The notes below the pieces were generated by a model, which saw only the letters and a program-made list of their open reading frames with translations, was not told the DNA's origin and did no database searches. The translations under genes were made by a program, and so were the position numbers. A stretch of 64,000 nucleotides of DNA from Felis catus (lineage: Eukaryota), in NCBI RefSeq assembly GCF_018350175.1, contig NC_058375.1:203360001-203424000 (forward strand), in the 5' to 3' direction. Positions 23,692 to 35,508 of this stretch are shown here, one piece after another; the first letter of the stretch is position 1, and every line of letters starts with the position of its first letter.

Positions 23692-23964
23692 CTGTGATGG
23701 TGACGGTGAAGTAGGCACGCTCATCTCCAGCGACGCACTGAAACTCGCCCCCGTCGGGGGGCTGGGCGGCAGGCAGCACCAGCCGGTGGTGGGGCCCCTC
23801 CTTCTCCAGCACCACAAAGTCACTCTCCTCCACCTCCTGCCCATCCTTGTACCAGCGCACGGGTGCATCCTCTCGGTCCACCTCACAGGCCAGCATGACA
23901 CACTCAGAGGTTATGGCGTGCACAAACACGTGCTCCTGGGGGTCCAGGATATGCACCGGGGGGT
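23692..23964 (-). CDS. OBSL1: OBSL1 exon 7 (Ig)
   Basis: DPPVHILDPQEHVFV...YFTVTIT; 273 nt. Confidence 0.94.
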
Positions 23965-24457
23965 CTGGTGGGAAGCAGACAAAACGAGGTCACGCAGACA
24001 GGAGACTCACAGGAGACAGTTTCCTCCCCAGGGGACACTAGGAGGGTTAAGGCCGTGCTGTGCAGGGTGGTCTGGAGCAATGACGTGGGGTACTGAGGGC
24101 ATGGCAGGTGAGGCAACGCAAACCATGTGGCACCTTTGTGTTCTGGGCGTCCCCACGGGACGTGGGGGTGGCTGGGCAGGGACATGGGGGAGGGGGAGGC
24201 ACAGATGACAGCCTTTGCCTAGGCTGAGAGGAGGTCATTATCATGGGCCACGCTTGCTGCTGTTTTTACAAGGGATCCCCTGGAGCACTGGCCCTAGGAT
24301 GGGCAGGAAGGGGGAATGACTTAGGTGCCACAGTGAGACAGCTGCTCGCTACAGGTAGTGAGTTCCCTGTCACTGGGTGCATGTACAGCAGTTAGAGGGC
24401 CTCCTGGCAGTGGGGTTGAGACAGGATGTCCACTCGAAGCGAGAAGATGAGGTGAAT

Positions 24458-24607
24458 CAGTGGTTCCCAAGCTGCCTTCCCGGAGTGATCCCCAGGCTCT
24501 ACCCTGGATAGTCTGGAGCTGGAGAGCTGGGGGGCCTGGGCGTATGCATTTATAACAAGCTTCCCAGGTGGTTCTGAAGCAGCCAGAACATGGCCTGAGA
24601 ACCACTG
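24458..24607. mobile_element. MER5-like hAT MITE
   Basis: TIRs CAGTGGTTC / GAACCACTG; internal TGCATTTATAACAAGC motif. Confidence 0.7.
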
Positions 24608-25130
24608 GACCCCTGCACTTAAAGCTTCCCTTTGACCGTGGCTACCTGAGATAGTAGGATAACCACAGACCTGGGTGTGAACCCAGCTATGGTGTTTGCT
24701 GGCTGTGTGATAATGGGCAAATCACATAACCTCTCTGAGCCTGTTTCTTCATCTGTGTTGTAGAGATCTACTGCTTCTCATCCAGATGTGAAGATTACGT
24801 GAAACCCTATGTATTTGAAACATTTGGTATTATGTTGGGTTCATGGCAGGGACCCAGCAAATGTTAGCACGTGCCTCTCCTTCCCTTAATTGAATTTCGT
24901 TTCCCCACCCTCATTACCTAGCCAGGGGTATGTGGAGGGCAAGTATGCTGGAGGGTGTTGGTGCACGGGAGGATTAGGAAGCAAGTACAGAGTAATTTGA
25001 AAACGTGTCTGCTGGCCCCCTTGGCTCTCCCTGGAAGGGACCCCCAAGCAGGCAGACCAGGGGGCAGGGCCTGCATGGCCCCTGGGAATCAGCCTCAGCT
25101 GCAGGAGCCCAGACCACCATAGTTGCTGAC

Positions 25131-25403
25131 CTCGGACGGTGACACTGAAGAAGGCTGAGACGCCTTCTGTTCTGCACTCAAACTCGCCGCTGTCTCGGAC
25201 CTCGGCGGCCGGCAGGATCAGGCGGTGTTTGCGCCCATCTATCTTCACCACCAGCGACTCGCCCTCCTCTACCTCCTGCCCGTCCTTGTACCAGCGCGCT
25301 GGGAAGTCCACCCGGGAGAGCTCACAGGTCAGCACCACCCGCTCCGAGGTCGTGAAGGTCAACGACTCCTTGTCCTGGGGGCTCAGGATGTGCACCGGGC
25401 TCT
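25131..25403 (-). CDS. OBSL1: OBSL1 exon 6 (Ig)
   Basis: ESPVHILSPQDKESL...FFSVTVR; 273 nt. Confidence 0.94.
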
Positions 25404-26410
25404 CTGTGTGGGGAGAAGTGTGGGCACAGGCAGCACCCTTGTCATGCTCCACCTGGGATCAACAGCCCTCGCTGGTGCAGGCCGGAGTACATCAGGCCAG
25501 ACAACCGCTGGCTCAACGCGTTTGTTGGAATTAAAAAGAAAATCGCTAGGCTCACACGCCAATTCTCAAGGGCAATGTTTGAGCGTACAGAATTCCTAGG
25601 GAGTCTACTGAAAATGCAACCTCTTAGGCCCCACACAGGCATGCAAGGGCCAGGGGATCTGCATTATCAACCAGCCCTCCAGGCAGTTCTGATGTCAGGG
25701 GTCCCAGGCTGCATTTTGAAAATGCCACTCTGGTTATTGGTTCTTACTCTGCCCTCCTCCTAGGATGCCAGCAGCTGACCACCCGCCTGGCCCTGTGCTC
25801 GGTCACCGAGGAATTCCTTGATTGGCCCGGACAAACTCCAGCAATGGTGAGATGGCAAATGCCACGTGTCCCCTGCACTTTCAGATGCCCACCAAGAACC
25901 GTCCTCCCCAGGGACCCCTCATCCCCTTCCTTCCTGGTTTCCACAGGTGGCACAGTGTGATTCTGGCACCAGACTGCCTGGCTTCATAACCCAGCACTAC
26001 CACTCATTAGCTCGGTGACTCTAGGCAAATCACTTAACCCCTCTGTGACTCAGTGTCTCCATGTGTAAAATGGACTCACCAAAGAATCTATCTTGTAGGG
26101 CTGTCGAGAGAACCGTGTTAATTAATGCACGTAAAATGATTAGGATTGTGCCTAACACCACAAGAAGTTGCTCTGATAACGTTATCAGTTACATGATAAG
26201 GCAGGAAGCAGTCAGGGACTAGGGCCCAGGGGCCATGCCTCTAAGATAGCAAATGTGATGGAATTCTATAAGCCACAAAGAGAATTTGGCTACGATGCTG
26301 AAGATAACGTACGTTGTACGTAGGTGGAAAATGGCCTTCTGGACCGCTGAGCCCTCCGTCTGAACCCACCAAGGACTTCTGTATCCACCCAGGTCCCCAC
26401 CAGCACCAAC

Positions 26411-26707
26411 CTTGGATGGTGAGGGCGGCTGAGTCCTGCACACCAGGGCAGCTGAAGCCAATGAGTGCCCCGCTGTGCTGGTGCCTGACAGCCTGCAGGA
26501 GGAGTCTGTGCTGTGGGCCTTTCTGCTCTATCCGGTATCGCAAGGCCCCAGGCTCCACCTGGCCCTCTGGCTCATTACTCTCGAGCTCTTCCCCGTTAAG
26601 GAACCAGGTGCCCTGGATGATGGTGGAAAGATCCAGGGAGAAGACCGCATCTTCCCCGTCGTATACCTGTACGTCCTCCAGACCTGCCACCAGGCGGGCT
26701 GTGGGCA
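26411..26707 (-). CDS. OBSL1: OBSL1 exon 5
   Basis: VPTARLVAGLEDVQVYDG...AALTIQ; 297 nt. Confidence 0.93.
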
Positions 26708-26884
26708 CTGAGATGGGGACAGAGTGCCGCCATCAGAACCAGAGGGCTGGCAGAGGACAAGAGTTGGCAGGCAGAAGGCATATAACACGACGGGGACCGA
26801 AGGCTGGGGAAGGGAGGAGAGAGGATGGGGAGGTGTGACTGGGGTACGGCCGCGGACAGGCTGGGTCCGGAAGGACTGACTCAC

Positions 26885-27187
26885 CGAGGTGAGCAGACCC
26901 ATGGAACACAACGTGGGGACTGCGGCCGTGCTCGCTGACTGTGCAGACGCGGAAGCGGTAGTCGCCCTCGGAGGGCACGCAGTCCCCTGGGACCTCCACG
27001 GCTCCGGCTTTCTCGATGCTGAAGCACTGGATCCAGTCTTCCGAGCCCACCTCCTGCCGCTCCAGCCGGTAGATGAAGGGGGTCTCAGGAGCCGGCTCGG
27101 GGGGCTTCCAGGTCAGCAGGACTGTGTTCTTATGGCCCTTGAACATCTCTGCCAATACCGGGGGTCCCGGGGGGCTGTGCTTGACGC
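26885..27187 (-). CDS. OBSL1: OBSL1 exon 4 (fibronectin type III)
   Basis: VKHSPPGPPVLAEMFKGHKNTVLLTWKPP...GSAHL; 303 nt. Confidence 0.94.
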
Positions 27188-27356
27188 CTGAGACAGAGGC
27201 AGGGTTTGCATTCCAGCCCTGCTCCAGCCTCCCACAGCCCTCCCAACTTGAGTCCGCTTTGCCAACCCAGGCTCTGGCATCTGGTCACCCTCCTGCCCTG
27301 GCCCTCCTGTCCGGCCCTCGAAGAGTCAGTCTGCCCACGGGCTTTCCTGCCCTCAC

Positions 27357-27608
27357 ATTTGACTCTGAGCAGAGTGGTGGTACGGGAGTTGCCCAGGCTA
27401 AAGGTGACCTCGCCGGCATCTTCTCGGGTGACCCCTGGAAGGACCAGGGCATGCATGTGGCCGCAGCTGCTCTGGCAGATGGTCGGCAGGTCCTCCCCAT
27501 CGCGGCTCCAGCGCCCCTGGACCCCAGCTTCCTGTGTCTCCACCAGCAGCACCGCATTCTCTCCCTCCAGGACGTCGAGCTTCCGGGGCAGCCGCTTCAG
27601 GATGGGCC
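27357..27608 (-). CDS. OBSL1: OBSL1 exon 3
   Basis: GPILKRLPRKLDVLEGEN...TTLLRVK; 252 nt. Confidence 0.93.
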
Positions 27609-27692
27609 CTGAGAAAAGGACGGGAATCCCCCAGCCTGGGGCCTGGGCATCCGCCTGCCTCAGCCTCGGCCTCCTCCCACTGGCCAGCCCAC

Positions 27693-27962
27693 CTTTGACC
27701 GNNNNNNNNNNNNNNNNNNNNNNNNNNNNNNNNNNNNNNNNNNNNNNNNNNNNNNNNNNNNNNNNNNNNNNNNNNNNNNNNNNNNNNNNNNNNNNNNNNN
27801 NNNNNNNNNNNNNNNNNNNNNNNNNNNNNNNNNNNNNNNNNNNNNNNNNNNNNNNNNNNNNNNNNNNNNNNNNNNNNNNNNGCACTTTACACTCCAGCAC
27901 GGCAATGCCATGCTCCCGGCCCTCCACATCCTGCAGGGGCCTGGTGAAGCGCAGACGGGGCT
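27693..27962 (-). CDS. OBSL1: OBSL1 exon 2 (mostly in an N-gap)
   Basis: EPRLRFTRPLQDVEGREHGIAVLECKV...VK; both splice sites visible; 270 nt. Confidence 0.88.
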
Positions 27963-28364
27963 CTGTGGGGAGGGGAGAGATAGAAGGCTCTGGAGAGGGC
28001 CAGACCAGGGGAAGGGCTCCGTGCATTACCAACTGCCTATACCCGCGTCAGCTCCTGCCATCTTCCTCCCAGGCCAGCAGGTATTCCAGGATCACAGAAA
28101 ACCCAACAGGAGAGACGTCAGGTGGCCTGGATTCTCATCTGACCCTGACGCTCCGGCCACATCACCCTGAGCAAGGCCATTTCAGTGATCCTGGGCCTCA
28201 GTTTTCTGACCGTCAAGCGGGGAAAGGGATGGAAGGGTTTGGACCACAACGGTGATTTTCCAGCTGTTCCCTGGGGTCCCTCAGAGGCACTACACAAATT
28301 CTGCAAGGGGCTGAGCTGAATTTCATTTTTAAAGAACTTTAGTCGTTTTCACCTGGCTAGAGCT

Positions 28365-28612
28365 AGAGCATATAATGCTGAGTGAAATAAGTCAGTCAAA
28401 GAAAAACAAATACTATATGACCTCACTCATATGTGAAATTTAAGAGACAAAGCAAATGCGTGAAAGAAAAAATAAAAAAAGAGGGAGACAAATCAAGAAA
28501 CAGACTCTTAACTATAGGGAACAAACTGATGGTTAGCAGAGGGGAGGTGGGGGGGGGAATAGGGGATGGGGATTAAAGGGGCACAATAATCATGATGAAA
28601 AAAATAAAATGA
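28365..28612 (+). mobile_element. L1 3' end fragment
   Basis: ATGCTGAGTGAAATAAGTCAG...G-rich tract...A tail, typical of an L1 3'UTR. Confidence 0.75.
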
Positions 28613-28646
28613 TTTTTAAAAAGTGCAATTAAAATTTAAAGAAACA

Positions 28647-29100
28647 GGGGCGGCTGGGTGGCTCGGCAGGTTGAGTGTCTGACTCTTGAATCTGGCTCGG
28701 GTCATGGTCTCACGGTTCGTGAGTTTGAGCCCCGGGTCAGGCTCTGTGCTGACAGTGTGGAGCCTGCTTGGGATTGTCTCTCTTCCTCCTCCCCTCCTGG
28801 CACATGAGAGCATGCGCTCTCTCTCAAAATAAAGAAATAAATAAAACTTAAAAAAAAATTTTAAAGTAGTCATTTTCAGGGGGGGCAGGTGGCTCAGTGT
28901 GTTAAGCATCCGACTGCGGCTCAGGTCATGACCTCGCGGTTCTTGAGTTCAAGGTCCACATCGGGCTCTGTGCTGACAGCTCAGAGCCTGGAGCCTGCTT
29001 CAGATTGTGTCTCCCTCCTCTCTGCCCCTCCCCACTCGTACTCTGTCTGTCTGTCTGTCTGTCTCAAAAATAAACACTAAAAAAATCAAATAAAATAAAT
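28647..29100 (+). mobile_element. Two tandem CAN-SINEs
   Basis: GGGTGGCTCAG-type heads, (CT) tracts and A tails. Confidence 0.9.
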
Positions 29101-30127
29101 TGTCGTTGTCAAAACTGCATTTTACAAAAAGAAAGCATGATGTTGGAAATGGCCAGCGGGTTATCAGGCCGCTGGAGAAGCGCGTATGCCCTGTGCCTCT
29201 GGGAAGTTCTGCCTTCGCACTGGGCTTTCCTTTCCTGATGGCGTTAGTGCAGTTTTGCGAGTTTGTGCACATCAGACCTCACCACAGAAGCACAGGTGCC
29301 ACATGCTGCCCTCGCGCCAGGCAGGGCTCAGGAAACGTGCCCACTTTTCTTCCTCCGAGGGGACAAGTTGAGGAATAGCTAGTGAAGGTATAACCCCTGG
29401 AGTTGCAGGGAACTCCTATTCTGGAGAGCTTCACCTTCCAGTGGGAGTTTGGGATGTTTTTTTCCTCTGAGTTTTCTGTTTGTGAGCAATGTATCTAATG
29501 TTATTAGATATTGCTGGTGACTCAACTTTGAAATGGAAATCTCTTCTCCTTCACCTTCTTCTTCTTTCAAACCTGGAGAGCAGTTTCATAAAAGTGCATT
29601 TTTTTTTTCCTTCCTCTAGTCTACCTTTGGTGTGAATCAGGAGTTTCTCAATGTGTCGCTTGCAGCCAGACTTTCCCCCCATGACTCACAGACTAGACCC
29701 AGTTGTGAACGCAGCCTCCTCTTACCCTTGTTCTCATGGATAGTTATGAATCTGGACCCGGAAATGTACACCCATAAAATGTTCCTTATATCAGTCTCCA
29801 CAAGGGATTTCCATTGAGGGAAGGGGAGTGAAACAAAAAGGCTGAAATCCCCTGGACTAGAAGTGCTCCCTCTTGGTTCGTACATCAATCACTCCTTAAA
29901 GCGGTTTATCAAAGGCTGGTTTTCCACCCTCTGCCTCAGAAGCACTTACGAAGTTTGCTAAGAAGTTCCTGGGTACCCTGGAGACCTACTAAATACGAAT
30001 CCCCGGGGGGTGGGAGGCGGGCAGGAAACGGCATGCTATTAGTCCGTCTCCCCTCCCCGTACCGGCTCCCGGGCAGCGCTGGAGGCCCCTCCCCAGGGCC
30101 CGGGCAGCCCCAGGGGTGCCGCAGTAC

Positions 30128-31139
30128 CTTTGACATGCAGCTGCACCGCGCTGAGAGTCTGGCCCGCCGAGTTGCGCGCTGCGCACACGTAGNNNNNNNN
30201 NNNNNNNNNNNNNNNNNNNNNNNNNNNNNNNNNNNNNNNNNNNNNNNNNNNNNNNNNNNNNNNNNNNNNNNNNNNNNNNNNNNNNNNNNNNNNNNNNNNN
30301 NNNNNNNNNNNNNNNNNNNNNNNNNNNNNNNNNNNNNNNNNNNNNNNNNNNNNNNNNNNNNNNNNNNNNNNNCAGAAGGTCTTGGGCGCGCACTTGAGCG
30401 GCTCCACCACGGGCTTGGGAGCCTCATCGGGGTCCTCGGGCGGGCTCTCGGGGGGCTGATGCACCTGCAGCAGCGCGCCGGCCTGCGCGTGGCCGTGCGC
30501 GTTGCGGGCGTGGCACACGTAGACGCCGGAGTCCGGCAGCCGCGCCGCCAGGATGCGCAGCGCTAGGCTCACGCCGGGGCCGCCCTCGGCACGGCCGGGC
30601 TCGAGCACGAAGTGGCCGCTGTCCCACACTTCGTCCAGGGCCATCCCGTCCTTCTCCCAGTAGAGCGCGGGCGCGGGGAGGCCCCCCACCTGGCACGTCA
30701 GCACCACCTGCTCCCCCCGCAGCACCCACTGGGACCGGGGCCCCGCCAGGAACACCGGGGCGCCCTCCCCGGCCCCGGGAGGAGGCAGCGGGCGCTCGGC
30801 GGGCTGGGGCTCGGGCTCAGGGGCCAGCGGCTCCAGCACGGTGACGGCGGCCGCCGCGTAGGCCTCTCCGGCCGCGTTGCGGGCGCGGCACACGTAGACC
30901 CCCGCGTCGGTGGGCAGCGCGCCGCTCAGCAGCAGGCCGTGCTCGGCGCCGTCCACCGGGAAGCTGAGGCGCTCGGAGGCCGCCAGCTGCTGGCCGCCCT
31001 TCTCCCACNNNNNNNNNNNNNNNNNNNNNNNNNNNNNNNNNNNNNNNNNNNNNNNNNNNNNNNNNNNNNNNNNNNNNNNNNNNNNNNNNNNNNNNNNNNN
31101 NNNNNNNNNNNNNNNNNNNNNNNNNNNNNNNNNNNNNNN
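30128..31139 (-). CDS. OBSL1: Obscurin-like 1 exon 1 (N-terminal Ig domains; ATG inferred inside N-gap 31009-31140)
   Basis: WEKGGQQLAASERLSFPVDGAEHGLLL...LSAVQLHVK; donor GTACT; start placed 44 codons upstream of the W by analogy to the recalled human protein, right after visible GCCAC. Confidence 0.85.
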
Positions 31140-31905
31140 NGTGGCAGCCGGCCCGCAGCGGCGCGGGGGGGGGGGGGCGGGGAAGGGCGGGCGGCGGGCG
31201 CGCGGAGGCCGGGGGCGGCGGCGGGAGCCCGCGAGGCGAGGCGCGGCGCGTCTGGGGCCGGGGGCGGCGGGGACCCGCGGGGCTCTCCCCCGGCCGCCCG
31301 CTCCCGGCTCGCCTCCTTACCCTCGGCCCGGAGCTGCGGCTCTGCGGCGGCGGAGATTCCCGGGCCCCGAGTCGAGAGCTCGAGGGGCAGTCCTTCCTGT
31401 TTGCCTTTGCAGCGAGGGGCCCCGCAGCCTCCCCTGCCCGCGGCCTGGCTTCCTNNNNNNNNNNNNNNNNNNNNNNNNNNNNNNNNNNNNNNNNNNNNNN
31501 NNNNNNNNNNNNNNNNNNNNNNNNNNNNNNNNNNNNNNNNNNNNNNNNNNNNNNNNNNNNNNNNNNNNNNNNNNNNNNNNNNNNNNNNNNNNNNNNNNNN
31601 NNNNNNNNNNNNNNNNNNNNNNNNNNNNNNNNNNNNNNNNNNNNNNNNNNNNNNNNNNTTAGAGCAGGCGGGACCACCTGCCCCCGGCCCTAGCCCCAGT
31701 TCTAGCCCCGACCTCAGCCCTTCCCCCCCATGACCCGCCCGGCAGCTGCTTGGTTGAAAGCCACTGCCCCCCCTCCCCCAAGATCTGAGGGGCTGGCGCA
31801 TTCTGTCTCCCCGACGACGAGTAACACTGTTAGGAGCTGGCTGACCCCAGCTCCCAGGCTCCTGTTGTACCTGATGTCACCTCTGTGCTGGGTGCTGGGA
31901 TGTGG

Positions 31906-31906
<1 letters not shown>

Positions 31907-31948
<42 letters not shown>
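31907..31948 (+). repeat. (TG)21 microsatellite in the INHA promoter
   Basis: Direct reading. Confidence 0.95.
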
Positions 31949-31952
<4 letters not shown>

Positions 31953-32056
31953 AGAGAGAGAATGGGGGAAAGGGTTGTAGGTTGTATGTGTAGGTCAGGT
32001 CACTCCGGGTGAGAACTCTCACCAGCCCCCTCCCCCACATGCCTGGCAGGAGTGGG

Positions 32057-32096
32057 AGATAAGGCTCAGGGCCACAGACATCTGCGTCAGAGATAG
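32057..32096 (+). promoter_or_regulatory. INHA proximal promoter module: GATA, SF-1/NR5A site, atypical CRE, GATA
   Basis: AGATAAG 32057-63, TCAGGGCCA 32066-74, TGCGTCA 32083-89, AGATAG 32091-96; fits the known inhibin-alpha promoter layout. Confidence 0.8.
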
Positions 32097-32284
32097 GAGG
32101 TCTCAATGCCATGGGCAGGGGCAACTTGGACTGCAGGGCGTGGGAAGGACTGGGGAGACTGGGATGAGAGGGGTAGAAGAGGGCCGGTACTGGGATGGGA
32201 GGGCAGAGTGGGGAGGCGGGGGGGTGGGGGGCAGACCCTGACAGAAAGGGCACCGGACACCGCTGGCCCTCCGCTGGGTGAGCC

Positions 32285-32558
32285 ATGTTGCCCCAGCCTC
32301 CACTCCTGCTCCTCTTACTGCTGTCTCTGAAGAGTGGGCATGGCTGCCCCGGGCCAGAGCTGGACCGGGAACTTGTCCTGGCCAAGGTGAGGGCCCTGTT
32401 CTTGGATGCTTTGGGGCCTCCGGCAGTGACCGAGGAAAGTGGGGATCCTGGAGTCAGGCGTCTGCCTCGAAGACATGCCCAGGGGGGCTTTGTGCACAGG
32501 GGCTCTCAACCCAGGGAGGAGGAGGATGTCTCCCAGGCCATCCTTTTCCCAACTACAG
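32285..32558 (+). CDS. INHA: Inhibin alpha subunit exon 1 (signal peptide, pro region)
   Basis: [13 protein letters not shown]...[26 protein letters not shown]; donor GTAATG. Confidence 0.96.
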
Positions 32559-33387
32559 GTAATGAGGGCAGGGAACTGGCAGGGTGACTTTGACTTTGAG
32601 AAGCAGTGTGGTACATACGGCGTGGGCTTGGGAGCCAGACAGGTCTGGGTTTGAGTCCCATACACGCCGCTCAACTGGCGTTGCAACAGGGGACCAGTTA
32701 CTAAACCTTCCTGAGCTTCCGTTTCCTCACCTTAAAACGGGCAGTAATGTCTACCTCTGAGGATTAAGTGAAATGATGTAAGGCTGAGAGGAGGCATTTG
32801 GGAGATACTCATTGGGGAGACCTAGAGTCTCTAGCGACAGAGATATTTGGGTATCGGCCCCTTCCTTCCACCTTTCCTTCTTTCTCTGCCTCCACTCCCT
32901 GCTCGGAATCTTGTTTCTTTAGCCCCAATTAGCTGAGGCTTGAGAAGGTATCAGAGGTGCAGGAGTGAGATTAGTTGAGACACTTTTCCAGAAAATTAGT
33001 CTACTTTCTCTTGACTCCTCATCTCCTTATGCACGTTTCCATGTTCCACTGACTGAACCAATAAAGTCCTCTTCCGGGTGGACTTTCTCGTAATCTAGCC
33101 CATCTTTCCCTCAGAGGGGACCCCCTGCCTCCCTGTGCTTTAGTCCTCATGCAGCACTGTGAGTTGGTGTGGCTCTGGGATGGGGCAGAATCCCAGCCTG
33201 GCCACTTAGTAGTTCATTTTTGTAACCTTTTCTCCTTATCTGCAAAATAGATCACTTGTGAGATTTATAACAGAATCTGTGTCACACTATAGTCCTAAAC
33301 CCAGTCTGTCAACTAGTCCGTGATTGTTTAGTATAGCCTGCATACCTGTTGGGGAAGGATGCCAACCACCTTCCTTCTCTCTCTCTC

Positions 33388-33533
33388 TTTTTTTTTAACT
33401 TTAATTTTATTTTTTGAATTTACATCCAAATTAGTTAGCATGTAGTGCAACAATGATTTCAGGAGTAGATTCCTTAATGCCCCTTACCCATTTAGCCCAT
33501 GCCCCCTCCCACAACCCCTCCAGTAACCCTCTG
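33388..33533 (-). mobile_element. 5'-truncated L1 3' end with TSD
   Basis: Poly-T then TTTACATCCAAATTAGTTAGCAT...; flanks GCCAACCACCTT / GCCAATCACCTT. Confidence 0.7.
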
Positions 33534-33649
33534 GCCAATCACCTTTCTTAGAAAGCCCTGCCCTCTATCCTAGGCTATTTACCTTCCCCTCCTGTCCCTC
33601 CTTTTTCTTTCTGGTATTAACCTTTTTTTTTTTTTTAAGTGGAATTGTG

Positions 33650-34105
33650 TGTGTGTTTTTTAAACGTTTATTTATATATTTTGAGAGAGAGAGAGAGAGA
33701 AAGAGTGCGTGCATGAGTGGGGAGGGGCAGAGAGAGAGGGGGAGAGAGAATCCCAAGCAGACTTCTTGCTGTCAGCACTGACCCCGACACCGGGTCCAAT
33801 CCCACGAACCTCAAGATCATGACCAAGAGTGGGAAGTTCAAATGACTGAGCCGTCCCGGCGCCCCTTAAGCGGAATTGTTTTTTTTTTTTAATGTTTATT
33901 TATTTTTGAGACAGAGAGAGATAGAGCATGAACGGGGGAGGGTCAGAGAGAGAGGAAGACACAGAATCCAAAGCAGGCTCCAGGCTCTGAGCACAGGCTC
34001 TGAGCCTCAGCACAGAGCCCGACGCAGGGCTTGAACTCACGGACCGTGAGATCATGACCTGAGCTGAAGTCGGACGCTTAACCCACTGAGCCACCCAGGT
34101 GCCCC
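33650..34105 (-). mobile_element. Two tandem CAN-SINEs in the INHA intron
   Basis: SINE bodies delimited by a repeated AAG(C/T)GGAATTGT target sequence. Confidence 0.9.
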
Positions 34106-34515
34106 AAGCGGAATTGTTTTAAAGAGTTTATCGTGCAACATTTCTGACTTGTAAAAAGATATATGAGGTACTGAAACAATTGCCTGTGTATCTAAAGTAC
34201 TATCACCCATTTCACACTATCAACAGAGATTCAGGCCTAACAGCTCCAAGTGAAAGTAGGGGGTGGGCAGGGCCTCGTATATAGGTTGCTGATAGGAATG
34301 TTAATAGGTAAAACCACTTCAGAGGGAAGTTGGCAACGTCTTGTATTTTCTGCGTCCTATAGAGATGAAAAAACAAATGGAGAGCCTCTGTCGGTTCTCT
34401 CAAGACTGGAGAGGGGCCCCAAGTCTGACAGAGCACTCAGGAGAGTGGCTGAGGAGGAGGGGTCCCAGGCTCCGCCAGTCCAGGCTGCCCTCTCTCTTCC
34501 CGCTATCTCCTGCAG

Positions 34516-35348
34516 GTGCTAGCTGTGGGGATGAGCCGGCTGCCAGAGAGCTGACCCAGGAGGCCGAGGAGAGCCTCTTCACGTATGTGTTCCAGCCGTC
34601 CAAGCACACACGCAGCCGCCAGGTGACATCAGCCCACCTGTGGTTCCACACGGGACTGGACAGGCAGGGCAGAGCAGCCTCCAACAGCTCTGGACCCCTG
34701 CTGAGCCTGCTGGCGCTGTCATCAGGGGTCCCCATGGCTGTGCCCATGTCGTTGGGCCAGGCCCCCTCTCGCTGGGCCGTGCTGCACCTGGCCACCTCTG
34801 CCCTCCCTCTGCTGACCCACCCCGTCCTGGTGCTACAGCTGCGTTGCCCTCTCTGCTCCTGCTCGGCCCGGCCTGAGGCCACACCCTTCCTGGTGGCCCA
34901 CACGCGGGCCAGGCCGCCCAGCGGAGGGGAGAGAGCCCGACGCTCCACTCCCCCGCTGCCCTGGCCCTGGTCTCCCGCTGCGCTGCGCCTGCTCCAGAGG
35001 TCTCCAGAGGAACCCGCTGCCCATGCGGACTGTCACCGAGCGGCCCTCAATATCTCCTTCCAGGAGCTGGGCTGGGACCGGTGGATCGTGCACCCTCCCA
35101 GCTTCATCTTCCACTATTGTCACGGTGGCTGTGGGCTGACTGCCCCACCAGACCTGCCCCTGCTGGTCCCTGGGGCTCCTCCGACCCCTGCCCAGCCCCT
35201 GTCTTTAGTGCCAGGGGCCCGGCCCTGCTGTGCTGCCCTCCCTGGGACCATGAGGCCCCTACGTGTCCGCACCACCTCAGATGGTGGTTACTCTTTTAAG
35301 TATGAGACCGTGCCCAACCTTCTCACGCAACACTGTGCTTGCATCTGA
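34516..35348 (+). CDS. INHA: Inhibin alpha exon 2 (RARR cleavage site, TGF-beta cystine knot)
   Basis: RARR|[19 protein letters not shown]...[13 protein letters not shown]; total 368 aa. Confidence 0.97.
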
Positions 35349-35502
35349 GGGCGTCCGGCTGGTGGCCAAGCCCCCACCATCAACAGCTGGAAGGAAGAGC
35401 TGAGTTCAGAAAATAGATGGTTCTTACTTCCGCCTCCTTCCATCTCTCTCTGCCTGAGGGCCCCCTCCCCCATATGACCCTGTCCCATGGGCAACATGTG
35501 AC

Positions 35503-35508
35503 AATAAA
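35503..35508 (+). terminator. INHA poly(A) signal
   Basis: AATAAA about 155 nt after the stop. Confidence 0.85.
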
